DNA from: Nitrososphaerota archaeon
Lineage (GTDB): Archaea > Thermoproteota > Nitrososphaeria > Conexivisphaerales > UBA164
Length of the DNA: 64,000 nucleotides
NCBI GenBank assembly: GCA_009903795.1
Contig: WYER01000008.1
Span: 5,684-69,683, forward strand
Reading direction: 5' to 3'
Shown here: in pieces, positions 38,347-48,242 of the stretch
Numbering within the stretch: position 1 is the first letter of the stretch
Layout of the letters: every line of letters starts with the position of its first letter
Position numbers and translations under genes: made by a program
The notes under the pieces: generated by a model
Seen by the model: the letters and a program-made list of their open reading frames with translations, nothing else
Databases searched by the model: none
What the model was told of the DNA's origin: nothing

Positions 38347-39283
38347 GCTCCCAGAAGAACAAAAAAAGGCAAAAGAAATAGAAGAAGTTTTAAGACAATA
38401 CGGCGTAGATACTTTTATAAGATCATATGATGAGTTGGGCTCAGTACAAAAAGTAAAGGTAGAATCTCAAAAAGATATTGAATCGCTAAAAGACTTAATT
38501 TCAAAAAAAATAAATGGTGTTTTGGTAGAGACTTCTGACTGGAGAGTTATACCGTTTGAAAACATCATAGCTCAAGTTGCAGGTAAACTAGAAATTTATG
38601 CTGAAGCTAAAGATGTACAGGACGCTTTAACTTTAAAGGGAGTTTTAGAAAGGGGTGTAGATTATGTAATAATTTCTCCAAGAAGCATTGAAGAAGCTTT
38701 GTCATATGTTGAAGCATTGAACATAGGTAACAAGAAAGTTACATTAAAACCCGTAGTGATAAAGGGAATTAAGCTTATAGGTGAAGGATCGAGGGTTTGC
38801 GTCGATACAGTAGAAATGCTTAATCCAGGAGAAGGTATGCTTGTAGGTTCATTTTCATCATTTTTATTTTTAGTACATGCAGAAGTTTTTGCATCTAAAT
38901 ATACTTCACCACGACCTTTTAGGGTAAATGCTGGAGCCGTTCATAGCTACATTTTGGTCGATCAAGAAAAAACCATGTATCTTTCAGAAATAAAGTCTGG
39001 AGATAAAGTGTTGGTATCTGACTATAAAGGGAACGCCAGAATAGTTTTTGTAGGGAGGTCTAAGCTTGAAAGGAGGCCGATGGTGCTTATTATGGCTGAA
39101 AGCGAAGGTCTTTTTGGTACTGTAATTCTTCAATACGCTGAAACTGTTTCCCTTGTTAGGGAAGATGGCAAACCTATTCCAGTAACAGAAATAAAGGAGG
39201 GAGATAAAATATTGGCCATGACAAGCGAGCCTGCTGGAAGGCATTTTGGGTTAAAGGTAAAAGAGGAAATAAAGGAGAGCTGA
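38327..39283 (+). CDS. aroB': 3-dehydroquinate synthase II (archaeal type)
   Basis: DWRVIPFENIIA, VCVDTVEMLNPGEGMLVGSFSSFLFLVHAE. Confidence 0.75.
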   Translation: MKKVIVKLPEEQKKAKEIEEVLRQYGVDTFIRSYDELGSVQKVKVESQKDIESLKDLISKKINGVLVETSDWRVIPFENIIAQVAGKLEIYAEAKDVQDALTLKGVLERGVDYVIISPRSIEEALSYVEALNIGNKKVTLKPVVIKGIKLIGEGSRVCVDTVEMLNPGEGMLVGSFSSFLFLVHAEVFASKYTSPRPFRVNAGAVHSYILVDQEKTMYLSEIKSGDKVLVSDYKGNARIVFVGRSKLERRPMVLIMAESEGLFGTVILQYAETVSLVREDGKPIPVTEIKEGDKILAMTSEPAGRHFGLKVKEEIKES

Positions 39284-39288
39284 TCTGA

Positions 39289-39969
39289 ATGGTTAGAATA
39301 GTTGTGTCTCTGTTAGGAAACACTATTGAAGAAATGTACAAAAAGATAAGCAGGACAAACGAAAATAGCTTACTTGAGTTAAGGCTCGATTCTATAAAAA
39401 GCCTAAATCCTAAAGATGTGCCATCTTACTTCAGTTCGGTTATGGATAGGGCCATAATAACTTACAGGAGCCCATCCGAAGGTGGAATGAGTAAAGATTA
39501 TAAAATAACGAACCTAATACAGCTCATTGAGCTTATGAAAGATTATCATCCTTACCTTTTTGATATTGAAGCTGAAAGCTTAAAAAAGATCTCAAACAGC
39601 GTTGATACTAGCGGTCTTAACATGATAATTTCAACGCACTATATTTTTACGAAGCCTACAGCGCAGGATCTTAACTCTTTCATATCAGAGTATAAAGATA
39701 AAGCAAAGTACTTGAAAATAGTAAACAATCCTGAAAACATAACAGAAGCTTTGATGGTTCTCTCTTTGTATTCTGGAATTGAAAAAGGAAAGCTTATCGC
39801 ATTTTCTATAGGGGATAAATGGAGCTTTACTAGGTACCTTTCTGTAGTTCTTGGGTCTCCGCTTATTTACACGCATTTAAAAAACGAAAGAGTAGTAGAA
39901 GGAATGCCCGAAGAATACGAAGCTTATGAATTTGTAAAGTTCTTAAAAAATTGGCCCTCTATGGTCTGA
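39289..39969 (+). CDS. aroD: 3-dehydroquinate dehydratase, type I
   Basis: LELRLD and IISTHYIFTKPT motifs. Confidence 0.75.
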   Translation: MVRIVVSLLGNTIEEMYKKISRTNENSLLELRLDSIKSLNPKDVPSYFSSVMDRAIITYRSPSEGGMSKDYKITNLIQLIELMKDYHPYLFDIEAESLKKISNSVDTSGLNMIISTHYIFTKPTAQDLNSFISEYKDKAKYLKIVNNPENITEALMVLSLYSGIEKGKLIAFSIGDKWSFTRYLSVVLGSPLIYTHLKNERVVEGMPEEYEAYEFVKFLKNWPSMV

Positions 39970-40724
39970 TAGGCTTTCCTTTATCACATTCTCTTTCATA
40001 TAAAATAAACAACGCAATTCTAAATAGGTTCGGAGATCATTATGTTACGTTTGAAACCGCTCCAGAAGACCTTTTTGCCGTTGTATCTAGCCTTAAGACT
40101 CTATCTCAAGGTTTTAACGTAACGATACCTTATAAAAAATCTGTGATTTTATACCTAGATCATATAAGCGATGAAGTAAGAAAAATCGGCGCTGTAAATG
40201 CCGTTAAAGTTGAGCAGAAAAAAGCCTACGGATACAACACAGATTATCTAGCAATTATGAACCTTGCTAGCGGGAAAAAGATCAACACAGCAATGATCCT
40301 TGGTGCAGGTGGTGGAGCCAGAGCTGCGGCTTTTGCGCTTTTTAATTTGGGCTGCTCTAAGTTTTTTATTTTTAACAGAACAAAAGAAAAAGCTTTGTCT
40401 TTAAAATCAAAGATAGAGAGCTGGGGGGCTTATGCTGAAGTTGTCGAAGGACCAAAAAATGCAGACGCTTTCGTAAACGCTACACCAATGGGTATGTATT
40501 TTAATGATGATGCTTTACTTAATTTATATACAAAAGGTAATTATAAAACTGTCATTGATCTTGCTTACGATATTAACGGCACTCCTCTTTCAAGAATGGC
40601 AAAAGATTATATCTCAGGAATAGATATACTTATTGAACAGGCAGCTCTTTCAATCGAAATATGGAAAGGAATAAAGGTTGACAGAAAAGATATGAGGTCT
40701 GCTTTGTATGGAAATAAAGGTTAG
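39951..40724 (+). CDS. aroE: shikimate dehydrogenase
   Basis: LIGFPLSHSLSYKINN, NVTIPYK, GAGGGARA. Confidence 0.85.
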   Translation: MALYGLIGFPLSHSLSYKINNAILNRFGDHYVTFETAPEDLFAVVSSLKTLSQGFNVTIPYKKSVILYLDHISDEVRKIGAVNAVKVEQKKAYGYNTDYLAIMNLASGKKINTAMILGAGGGARAAAFALFNLGCSKFFIFNRTKEKALSLKSKIESWGAYAEVVEGPKNADAFVNATPMGMYFNDDALLNLYTKGNYKTVIDLAYDINGTPLSRMAKDYISGIDILIEQAALSIEIWKGIKVDRKDMRSALYGNKG

Positions 40725-41499
40725 GGTTTGGGGAGGTATAAGTTTTATTAACGCATTAATAAGTGGGATAGGGTCAGTTATGGCAATTAACCTCCCTCTA
40801 AAGGTTATAATAAGAGAAAGCAAAGAATGGGAGTGCGATGAGATAGCAAGGGAAATATTCAAAATTTCAGGTGTGGAAGGTCCTTATTCTGTTTCTACAT
40901 TTTCAGAAATACCTATTGGAATGGGATTGAAGAGTTCTAGCGCATATACAGTTGCTTTAGCTTTAGGTGCGCAGGCGATAAAAGGCTATGTGGATCCAGA
41001 AAAAGCCGTAAAGGTTTCAGCAGAGGTCAGTAAAAAAATGGGTATTTCTTACACTGGAGCTTATGATGATGCGTACGCATCTATATACGGAGGAATAGTG
41101 ATTACCGATAATCGTACAGGTTCTCTATTAAAAAGAAGGGAAGCGCCAACAAAATGGGCGGTAACGGTGGGACTAAAAGAAGGCATGAGAAAAAAGGTAA
41201 ACCCAGAACTTCTAAAAGTTTTTAGCGACCTTGGAACTCTTGCAGTTAATTATGTAGAAAATGAAAAGTATTTTTCTGCCTCGCTTTTAAATTCGCTGAT
41301 AGTTGCATCTGCAAACGAGTACCCAATAGAGCCAATAATAACAGCCGTAAAAAAAGGTGCAATATCTGGGATTTCCGGTAATGGTCCAGCTTATTTTGCG
41401 ATTTCTGAAGGTTATAATTACAAATTTAAAGATATGAAAAACATTTTTACCAGACCAGCTAACGAAAAATACAGCATCGAAATAACAGGTGATATATGA
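40708..41499 (+). CDS. aroK: shikimate kinase, archaeal GHMP-kinase type
   Basis: IPIGMGLKSSSAYTVALALG (GHMP motif) and position in the pathway cluster. Confidence 0.75.
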   Translation: MEIKVRVWGGISFINALISGIGSVMAINLPLKVIIRESKEWECDEIAREIFKISGVEGPYSVSTFSEIPIGMGLKSSSAYTVALALGAQAIKGYVDPEKAVKVSAEVSKKMGISYTGAYDDAYASIYGGIVITDNRTGSLLKRREAPTKWAVTVGLKEGMRKKVNPELLKVFSDLGTLAVNYVENEKYFSASLLNSLIVASANEYPIEPIITAVKKGAISGISGNGPAYFAISEGYNYKFKDMKNIFTRPANEKYSIEITGDI

Positions 41500-42770
41500 T
41501 GAAATTCACAATAGAAGGTTCTGTTAGCGATAAAATAACAGTTAATTTACCCCCTAGCAAAAGTTATGCGCAAAGAGCGCTGATTGCGGCTTCTCTCGCA
41601 AACGGTGAAAGCATTATAAGTATGAACAGGCCTTTTCCGGAAGATATAGTTCTTATGATAAGGGCGCTCAAAAAAATGGGAATCAAAATAATCGGCAATA
41701 AAGTTTATGGTCAACAGCCAAAACGCCCTCAAAATATATTGAACATGGGAGGTTCTGGAACTGGAATAAGGTTCATGACAGCCTTTTCCACTTTGGCCAC
41801 AGGCGGATACACTGTCCTCACAGGCAACAGCAGCCTTATAAAAAGGCCGCTTGGACCTCTAACAGAAGCTATAAACGCTTTAGGAGGGTTTGCAATCACT
41901 GCTGGTGAAGATGGTAGGCCTCCAGTGATAGTTAAAGGTAAAAAGATGAACGGAGGAAGGGCTGAAATAAGATCTTCTGAATCTTCACAATACGTAAGCG
42001 CACTTTTGCTGGTTTCGCCAAAAAACGAAGATAGGACAGAAATTCGTTGGACAAACAAAGTTTCAGAACATTATGTAAAGATGACAGAGTTTGTGATGAA
42101 TCACTTTGGGGTTAAAGTTTATGAAGATGAAAATTCTTATTTTGTGGAACCATCAGAGTACAAACCATCTAGTTTTGTGGTCCCATTAGACGCTTCGTCA
42201 GCATCATTTTTTGTAATATTGGGTATTCTTACCGGAAGAACAGTAAAAATTCCCAACCTTAAAAGGGAGCCCATTCAGGCGGACCTTGAAGAGCTCATAA
42301 AAGTGCTCGATTTTTTAAATGTTAAATACTACTTTGATGATCCAGGGATGCAAGTAGAAGGAAAAGTTCCGGAAGCGTCATTAAACGTTGATTTAAAAAA
42401 TGCCCCTGACCTCTTTCCTCCACTTTCAGTTTTAGGTTATAAGGTTCCTCTAGAAATTTCCGGTATATCTCATGTAAGGTATAAAGAAAGCAACAGACTA
42501 CTTTCTATGAGTTCTGAACTTACAAAGTTAGGATGTTTCGTTGAATTAAAGGACGATAAAATAAAGATATTGCCACCTAACTCAGCACCTGAGAAAGTAG
42601 AATTAAAAGGTTGGAAAGATCATAGGGTTGTCATGTCCTTATCGATTTTATGCGCTGCACAAGGGATAAAATGCGTTATAGATGGTTATGAAGCAGTAAA
42701 GAAATCTTTTCCAGGATTCTTTGAGGAAATGAAGAAAAATGGTCTTAAGGTGAAGTTATTTGAGCGATAA
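41496..42770 (+). CDS. aroA: 3-phosphoshikimate 1-carboxyvinyltransferase (EPSP synthase)
   Basis: LPPSKSYAQRALIAASLA, GGSGTGIRF. Confidence 0.9.
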   Translation: MMKFTIEGSVSDKITVNLPPSKSYAQRALIAASLANGESIISMNRPFPEDIVLMIRALKKMGIKIIGNKVYGQQPKRPQNILNMGGSGTGIRFMTAFSTLATGGYTVLTGNSSLIKRPLGPLTEAINALGGFAITAGEDGRPPVIVKGKKMNGGRAEIRSSESSQYVSALLLVSPKNEDRTEIRWTNKVSEHYVKMTEFVMNHFGVKVYEDENSYFVEPSEYKPSSFVVPLDASSASFFVILGILTGRTVKIPNLKREPIQADLEELIKVLDFLNVKYYFDDPGMQVEGKVPEASLNVDLKNAPDLFPPLSVLGYKVPLEISGISHVRYKESNRLLSMSSELTKLGCFVELKDDKIKILPPNSAPEKVELKGWKDHRVVMSLSILCAAQGIKCVIDGYEAVKKSFPGFFEEMKKNGLKVKLFER

Positions 42771-43848
42771 CTCATTAGGCAGATCTCTTGTAATGGTGAG
42801 CTTTGGAGAAAGTCATGGTAATGCTGTAGGCGTTCTTATCGAAGGAATACCTGCAGGTACAGAAATAGATGAAAAAAGAATAAACGAATGGCTTGCAAGG
42901 CGCAAACCAAGTACATCTTTAGCGTCTACCAAAAGAAAAGAGGATGACATTGTAGAAATACTTTCTGGCGTTTACAGGGGAAAGGCAACTGGCGCTCCCT
43001 TTGTAGCCATTGTGAGAAATAAAGGTTATGTTGACGATTTTTACAGCTTTGCTGAAGAAGGCTGGGTAAGGCCAGGTCATGCGGATTATCCTGCTTATGT
43101 TAAGTATAAAGGGTTTAATGATCCTCGAGGAGGGGGGAGATTTTCCGCCAGAATAACTGTTGGGTTTGTAATAGCGGGAGCGATAGCAGAAGAGATACTA
43201 AAGCCATTAAGAATAGAGGTAGTTGGTTATACAAAAAGCATAGGACCAATAGAGTGTCCTGACCTTGATATAGAGAACGCTAGAAAAAGGTATGAGTTTG
43301 AGACAAGGTGTCCTTCAGCAGAACACGATGCGTTGATGCAGGAAGAGATACTTAAAGCTAAAAGGGAGGGTGACAGTTTAGGTGGTACAATAAGAATAAT
43401 AACTGGTAAGCTTCCCGTAGGACTTGGGCAACCAGTTTTCTCTTCACTAGATTCTGAACTCGCAAAAGCTTATTTTTCTATACCTGCAGTAAAAGGGGTA
43501 GAAATTGGTGCAGGCTTCAGAGCCTCAAAGCTTAGGGGCTCACAAAACAACGACATATACGTTTTAAGAAACAATGAGATAACTACGCTTACAAATAACG
43601 CCGGGGGTATTCTTGGCGGAATGACTAACGGTCAACCACTTATAGCAACGATCGCGTTTAAGCCCGTTTCTTCTATTTACAAACCTCAAAGAACAGTAAA
43701 CATAAAAAAGATGGAAGAGGGCATTTTACAATTAAAGGGGATGCATGATGCCTGCGTTGTACCACGAGCTGTCCCAATAGCAGAGGCCTTAACCTACTTT
43801 GTGCTTGCAGATATGGCTCTTAGAGGGGGTTTTATAAGTGAAAGATGA
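42760..43848 (+). CDS. aroC: chorismate synthase
   Basis: SFGESHG, RPGHADY, GGGRFSAR. Confidence 0.9.
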   Translation: MSDNSLGRSLVMVSFGESHGNAVGVLIEGIPAGTEIDEKRINEWLARRKPSTSLASTKRKEDDIVEILSGVYRGKATGAPFVAIVRNKGYVDDFYSFAEEGWVRPGHADYPAYVKYKGFNDPRGGGRFSARITVGFVIAGAIAEEILKPLRIEVVGYTKSIGPIECPDLDIENARKRYEFETRCPSAEHDALMQEEILKAKREGDSLGGTIRIITGKLPVGLGQPVFSSLDSELAKAYFSIPAVKGVEIGAGFRASKLRGSQNNDIYVLRNNEITTLTNNAGGILGGMTNGQPLIATIAFKPVSSIYKPQRTVNIKKMEEGILQLKGMHDACVVPRAVPIAEALTYFVLADMALRGGFISER

Positions 43849-44839
43849 AGAACTTTCTAAAAAGAGGGAGGAAGCCTTCACAATTTTGTATAACTGTATT
43901 AGAATGTTAAGAAAAAGAAGGTCTATAGTAAGAAAGATAGGGGAGATAAAAAAGTTAAGAGGATTTAAACTTGAAGATTACGAGAGAGAAGCAGAAATTT
44001 ATAATAGATTAAAACCAAATAAGGTAGAAGAAGGCTTGATAAATGTTTTTTTGCTAGACTCTTTAAGGGCTCAGGGCTGGTCACTTGGGTTTTATAAAGA
44101 TTCTGAATACGAAAGAGTAGATATAAGTACTGAACAAAAAATCTTTAGCGTAGAAGAGCTCAAATCTTTTCATAAAGCCGATTATGTAACTGTGATGGGA
44201 AGTAGAAAGGAAGTATTTATCTCATGGCTGCTTTCCTTAAAGAACAAAAGAATAGCTCTGATAAATCCGGTCGGAAGATCTTGGGAGGATTTATCATGGT
44301 CATTTTATATAAGGCCTTACAGAGTTAACAAAGAGGATATCCCTAAAAACCTTCCTGTTTTTGCTCAATCACCAAACAGGTTCGGTTTAAAATTAGACGT
44401 TGTTCATATGCTTCCCGAATCCTCATTAGTAGATCTTACTTTTTCATCAAAAAAGTTAGCCTTGGGCGAATCGCTATATATGTATTCGCCTGCATGTATA
44501 GCTGGACAAGCTGGGGAACAAACTGTAGTTTTTTCTAATAAAAAAAGAGTCATAGACAACATATCAAAAATTTATAGGAAAATTTTTGGGAGCACAAATG
44601 ACAAAGCTTTTCTATGCGACGAAGAGTATTTAAAAAAATCTTTTGAACTGTCCGCAGTATTATACAAAAAATTTGAGGCAGTCAAGTGGGAAGAAGGTCC
44701 ATTCATAGCGCTGAACAAGCGAGTTGCAGGAAGCATAGACGCATCTTCTTACGGCGATTACCATGGCATTTACGTTTTAAATATGTCCAGAGCTTTATCT
44801 ACTAAAAATGTAAAAAATGTAAATATTAAAAGATATTAG
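43838..44839 (+). CDS. chorismate mutase (AroQ/CM_2) N-terminal domain fused to a ~250-aa domain of uncertain family
   Basis: N-terminal ...LRKRRSIVRKIGEIKK..G....DYEREAEIYNRL (CM_2 helices). The C-terminal part has only weak class I/II aminotransferase-like traces (ALINPVGRS; NLPVFAQSPNRFGLKL, with Asn where the PLP Lys is expected). Confidence 0.5.
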   Translation: MKDEELSKKREEAFTILYNCIRMLRKRRSIVRKIGEIKKLRGFKLEDYEREAEIYNRLKPNKVEEGLINVFLLDSLRAQGWSLGFYKDSEYERVDISTEQKIFSVEELKSFHKADYVTVMGSRKEVFISWLLSLKNKRIALINPVGRSWEDLSWSFYIRPYRVNKEDIPKNLPVFAQSPNRFGLKLDVVHMLPESSLVDLTFSSKKLALGESLYMYSPACIAGQAGEQTVVFSNKKRVIDNISKIYRKIFGSTNDKAFLCDEEYLKKSFELSAVLYKKFEAVKWEEGPFIALNKRVAGSIDASSYGDYHGIYVLNMSRALSTKNVKNVNIKRY

Positions 44840-45369
44840 AAATCTACACCAATTTTAGCAAGGTAACCTTGATCGTATATATGTTTGACCTTTACCATTT
44901 CAGTTACTATATCAGCAATTTCTATAAGCTTGTCTGGCGCAACACATCCTGTTAGAACTACGTTGACGTTTTCCTTTCTAGAATTTATAGCCTGCAAAAC
45001 TTCCTCCAGATCGAGCAAACCAAGGCTTAAAGCGCAGTTTATCTCATCAAGAACAACGATATAGTAAGTGCCTTCTTGGAGTATTTTGCTTGCAAATTTT
45101 AACGTTTCCTTTGCTTTTTTCCTGTGCTCATCAAAAGATTTTTTATCCCCCATGATTCCGACAAAACCTGCTCCGCCTTGATAGAAAAGTACTTCAGAAA
45201 TTTTAGACAAAAATTTTGTCTCACCGCTAACAGAATTCTTTAAAAACTGCAGATACGCTACTTTATAACCGTGTCCTAAAGCTCTTATAAGCATGCCTAT
45301 TGCCGCTGTAGTCTTACCCTTTCCATTACCATGATATATTATTACTAATCCTCTTTTAATCGGCTTCAT
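44836..45369 (-). CDS. cobO: cob(I)yrinic acid a,c-diamide adenosyltransferase (CobA/CobO/BtuR type)
   Basis: GNGKGKTTAAIGMLIRALGHGYKVAYLQFLK. Confidence 0.85.
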   Translation of the reverse strand: MKPIKRGLVIIYHGNGKGKTTAAIGMLIRALGHGYKVAYLQFLKNSVSGETKFLSKISEVLFYQGGAGFVGIMGDKKSFDEHRKKAKETLKFASKILQEGTYYIVVLDEINCALSLGLLDLEEVLQAINSRKENVNVVLTGCVAPDKLIEIADIVTEMVKVKHIYDQGYLAKIGVDF

Positions 45370-45527
45370 TTTTGCAAATGTAAAATACCCTTATCCATTG
45401 TTTTACTCGCATATATTTTTAAATATTTTTAACCTTATGAAGGTTAATACGACGAAGTCCTTCACGTGGGAGAATGAATAGTAAGTTTCCTGAAAGAAGC
45501 AAGAAACCCTAGTCACAATGCTAGGAT

Positions 45528-45549
45528 ACCATGACCTTAAGGTCATGGT
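45528..45549. promoter_or_regulatory. perfect 22-nt palindrome ACCATGACCTTAAGGTCATGGT upstream of the ATPase operon
   Basis: Exact self-complementarity. Lies about 130 nt upstream of atpF. A related AACCT-TATGA-AGGTT hairpin is at 45431-45445. Confidence 0.4.
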
Positions 45550-45681
45550 TGTTCATATTCAAAAATTTTGAAATAAAACTTTTAAAAATTTACATTTGTT
45601 TATTATTCCTTATATATATATTAAAAATTGTTAATTAGTAAAAATTAAAAAGAGCAGCAGTTTAATATAAACTTAAGGAAA

Positions 45682-45975
45682 TTGAAGGCTTTGGCAATAG
45701 GTTCTGAAAGGTTTGTTACATTTTTTAGGTTACTTGGGTTTGTAGGCATTGAGAACGAGGACAAAAATGAAGTGCTTAACCAAATAAGATCAAAAATATC
45801 CAGCTACGGTTTAATCGTAATTGACAGGTCAGTAATAAATGGAATAGAAAAAGAAATTGATGAACTTTCTATGAAAGTTGAACCACCTATACTAGTTTTG
45901 GACCCTCCTTATAGAGTTTTTGAAACTGCTGCAAGCGTAGAAAGCGAAGTAAAAAAGGTTATGAAGGTCTTCTGA
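45682..45975 (+). CDS. atpF: A1A0/V-type ATPase subunit F
   Basis: 97 aa, IAIGSERFVTFFRLLGF pattern. First gene of the ATPase cluster. TTG start. Confidence 0.75.
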   Translation: MKALAIGSERFVTFFRLLGFVGIENEDKNEVLNQIRSKISSYGLIVIDRSVINGIEKEIDELSMKVEPPILVLDPPYRVFETAASVESEVKKVMKVF

Positions 45976-45976
45976 T

Positions 45977-46540
45977 ATGGAAAGCATACGTTCTATAATT
46001 GAAAGGGAAAAGAACATGGCGTTGGAAACGCTGAGCCGTGCGCTTGATGATTCACTTAAGATTATTGAAGATAAAAAAAATGAAGCCTTTAAAGAAGGGC
46101 AAAAAATAATTGAAGAAGCCAAAAAATCATCTGAAAAGGAAAGGCTGATCAGGACTTCACAGCAAGAACTTGAAGGTAAAAGAATTTTAAGCACGAAAGA
46201 AGATGAACTTCTAGAAAAGCTTATTTCTGAGGCATATAAAGAATTTCTTGAAAGCGATAACTACGGCATAATACTCGAAAAAATGTTTTCTAAAGGTTTA
46301 AAGGATATGGGAGGAAGTTTTGAAGTTTATGCTGGTAAGCTTGATCAAGAAAAACTAACCATGATTGCAAGAAAATACGGCATAGAGGTTAGCGGCGTGA
46401 CAGATTTTGAGAGAGGTTTTTCTTTTAAAAAAGGCGATGAAAGCATAACGTATGATCTAGATAGAATGTTAAACGACATAAAGAGAGAGTTAAAGAGGAT
46501 GATAATAAACAAGGTGAACGAAATTGAAAATAAAAGGTAG
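45977..46540 (+). CDS. atpE: A1A0/V-type ATPase subunit E
   Basis: 187-aa coiled-coil N-terminus plus a globular C-terminus. Position upstream of atpA. Confidence 0.75.
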   Translation: MESIRSIIEREKNMALETLSRALDDSLKIIEDKKNEAFKEGQKIIEEAKKSSEKERLIRTSQQELEGKRILSTKEDELLEKLISEAYKEFLESDNYGIILEKMFSKGLKDMGGSFEVYAGKLDQEKLTMIARKYGIEVSGVTDFERGFSFKKGDESITYDLDRMLNDIKRELKRMIINKVNEIENKR

Positions 46541-48242
46541 AATAACAGAAGTTAAAGGTACAGTAGTAAAAGCGTCTGGTGTATCTGGCATTCAAATGAA
46601 CGAAATGGTAAAAGTAGGCGAAATGGGCCTTATTGGTGAAGTAGTTAGGGTTGAAGGCGATAGCGCTTACGTGCAGGTTTACGAATTTACAACTGGGCTA
46701 AAACCAGGAGAGCCTGTTGAAGGTTTAGGATCACCGCTTTCAGTCACTTTAGCGCCAGGAATAGTTGGAAATATATATGATGGGCTCCAGAGACCTTTAA
46801 GCACGCTTGAAGGTTACACGATATCTAGAGGTTATACAGCTGAAGCTGTTGACATTAATAAAACCTGGCACTTTGTTCCTGTAGTTAAACCTGGCATAAA
46901 GGTTCAAGGAGGAGAAAAAATTGGTTATGTGGAAGAAACAGAGCTGATAAGGCATTACATAATGATTCCTCCAAACGTTAGTGGCACATTGGCGTATGTG
47001 GCGCCTGAAGGGGATTATAAGGTTACTGACCAGATAGCTGAAGTTCAGGATAGCAAAAAACAAAGCGTATCAATGCTTCAGCGATGGGCAGTAAGGATAC
47101 CTAGACCAATAAAAAGGAGGCTTGTTGCCTCTGAGCCCCTTATAACGGGACAAAGAGTAATCGACACATTTTTCCCTCTCGCAAAAGGCGGTTCTGCCGC
47201 TGTTCCTGGGGGATTTGGAACCGGCAAAACTGTGCTATTACATCAAATGGCTTCATGGGCTAACTCGAGAGTAGTTGTTTATGTTGGCTGCGGAGAAAGG
47301 GGGAACGAAATGGTTGAGCTACTGAAAACTTTTCCTAAGCTAAACGACCCGATAAGCGGTAAGCCTATAATGCAAAAATCTATAATGATCGCTAACACAA
47401 GCAACATGCCAGTTGCTGCTAGGGAAGCAAGCATTTATGTTGGGATAACGTTAGCAGAGTATTACAGGGACATGGGATATGACTCTCTTATGCTTGCAGA
47501 CTCTACAAGCAGGTGGGCAGAGGCCTTAAGGGAAATCAGCGGAAGACTTGAAGAAATACCGGCTGAAGAAGGTTACCCTTCGTATTTGGCTTCCAGAATT
47601 GCTTCATTTTATGAAAGAGCAGGATACGTTGAAACTCTTTCTGGCGACTTCGGGAGCGTATCTATAATAGGTGCTGTTTCGCCTCCAGGCGGAGACTTTA
47701 CGGAACCAGTAACAACCCATACGCTAAGGTATGTAAAAGCCTTCTGGTTGCTTGATCCAAATCTGGCTTACTCAAGGCATTATCCAGCTGTAAACTGGGT
47801 CTCAAGCTACTCTTCATATGTAGAATCGCTTTCTGAGTGGTGGAGCTTAAATGTCTCAGATGAATTTGAAACGTTGAGAAAGAAAGCTTTGGACATATTG
47901 TTTAAAGAAGAAAGCTTAAGGAACATCGTAAGGCTATTGGGTCCAGAAGTCCTTCCTGAAGATGAGAAGCTATTACTAGAGGCCGCAAACATGCTCAAAG
48001 AAGGTTTCTTAAAACAGAACGCATATCATGAAGTTGACAGGTATACGCCTCCATTGGTACAGTATTATTTGTTAAAACTTATAATATCGTTCTATGAAAA
48101 GGCAAAAGAAAAACTTACAGAAGGAGCAACAGTAGAAGAAATAAGGTCAAGCCCCCTTTACCTTGAAGTTATAAGGGCTAGGTTTAACGTAAAGAGTAAA
48201 GAAGATTTTGATGCAATTATGAAGAAGGTGATGGAGTTTTGA
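46524..48242 (+). CDS. atpA: A1A0/V-type ATPase catalytic subunit A
   Basis: GGFGTGKTV Walker A. 572 aa, so no intein. Confidence 0.95.
   Translation: MKIKGRITEVKGTVVKASGVSGIQMNEMVKVGEMGLIGEVVRVEGDSAYVQVYEFTTGLKPGEPVEGLGSPLSVTLAPGIVGNIYDGLQRPLSTLEGYTISRGYTAEAVDINKTWHFVPVVKPGIKVQGGEKIGYVEETELIRHYIMIPPNVSGTLAYVAPEGDYKVTDQIAEVQDSKKQSVSMLQRWAVRIPRPIKRRLVASEPLITGQRVIDTFFPLAKGGSAAVPGGFGTGKTVLLHQMASWANSRVVVYVGCGERGNEMVELLKTFPKLNDPISGKPIMQKSIMIANTSNMPVAAREASIYVGITLAEYYRDMGYDSLMLADSTSRWAEALREISGRLEEIPAEEGYPSYLASRIASFYERAGYVETLSGDFGSVSIIGAVSPPGGDFTEPVTTHTLRYVKAFWLLDPNLAYSRHYPAVNWVSSYSSYVESLSEWWSLNVSDEFETLRKKALDILFKEESLRNIVRLLGPEVLPEDEKLLLEAANMLKEGFLKQNAYHEVDRYTPPLVQYYLLKLIISFYEKAKEKLTEGATVEEIRSSPLYLEVIRARFNVKSKEDFDAIMKKVMEF

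Noticed and set aside
46524-48242. Intein or insertion in atpA (also checked in cdc48)
   Set aside because: Protein lengths (572 and 737 aa) and motif spacing are normal.
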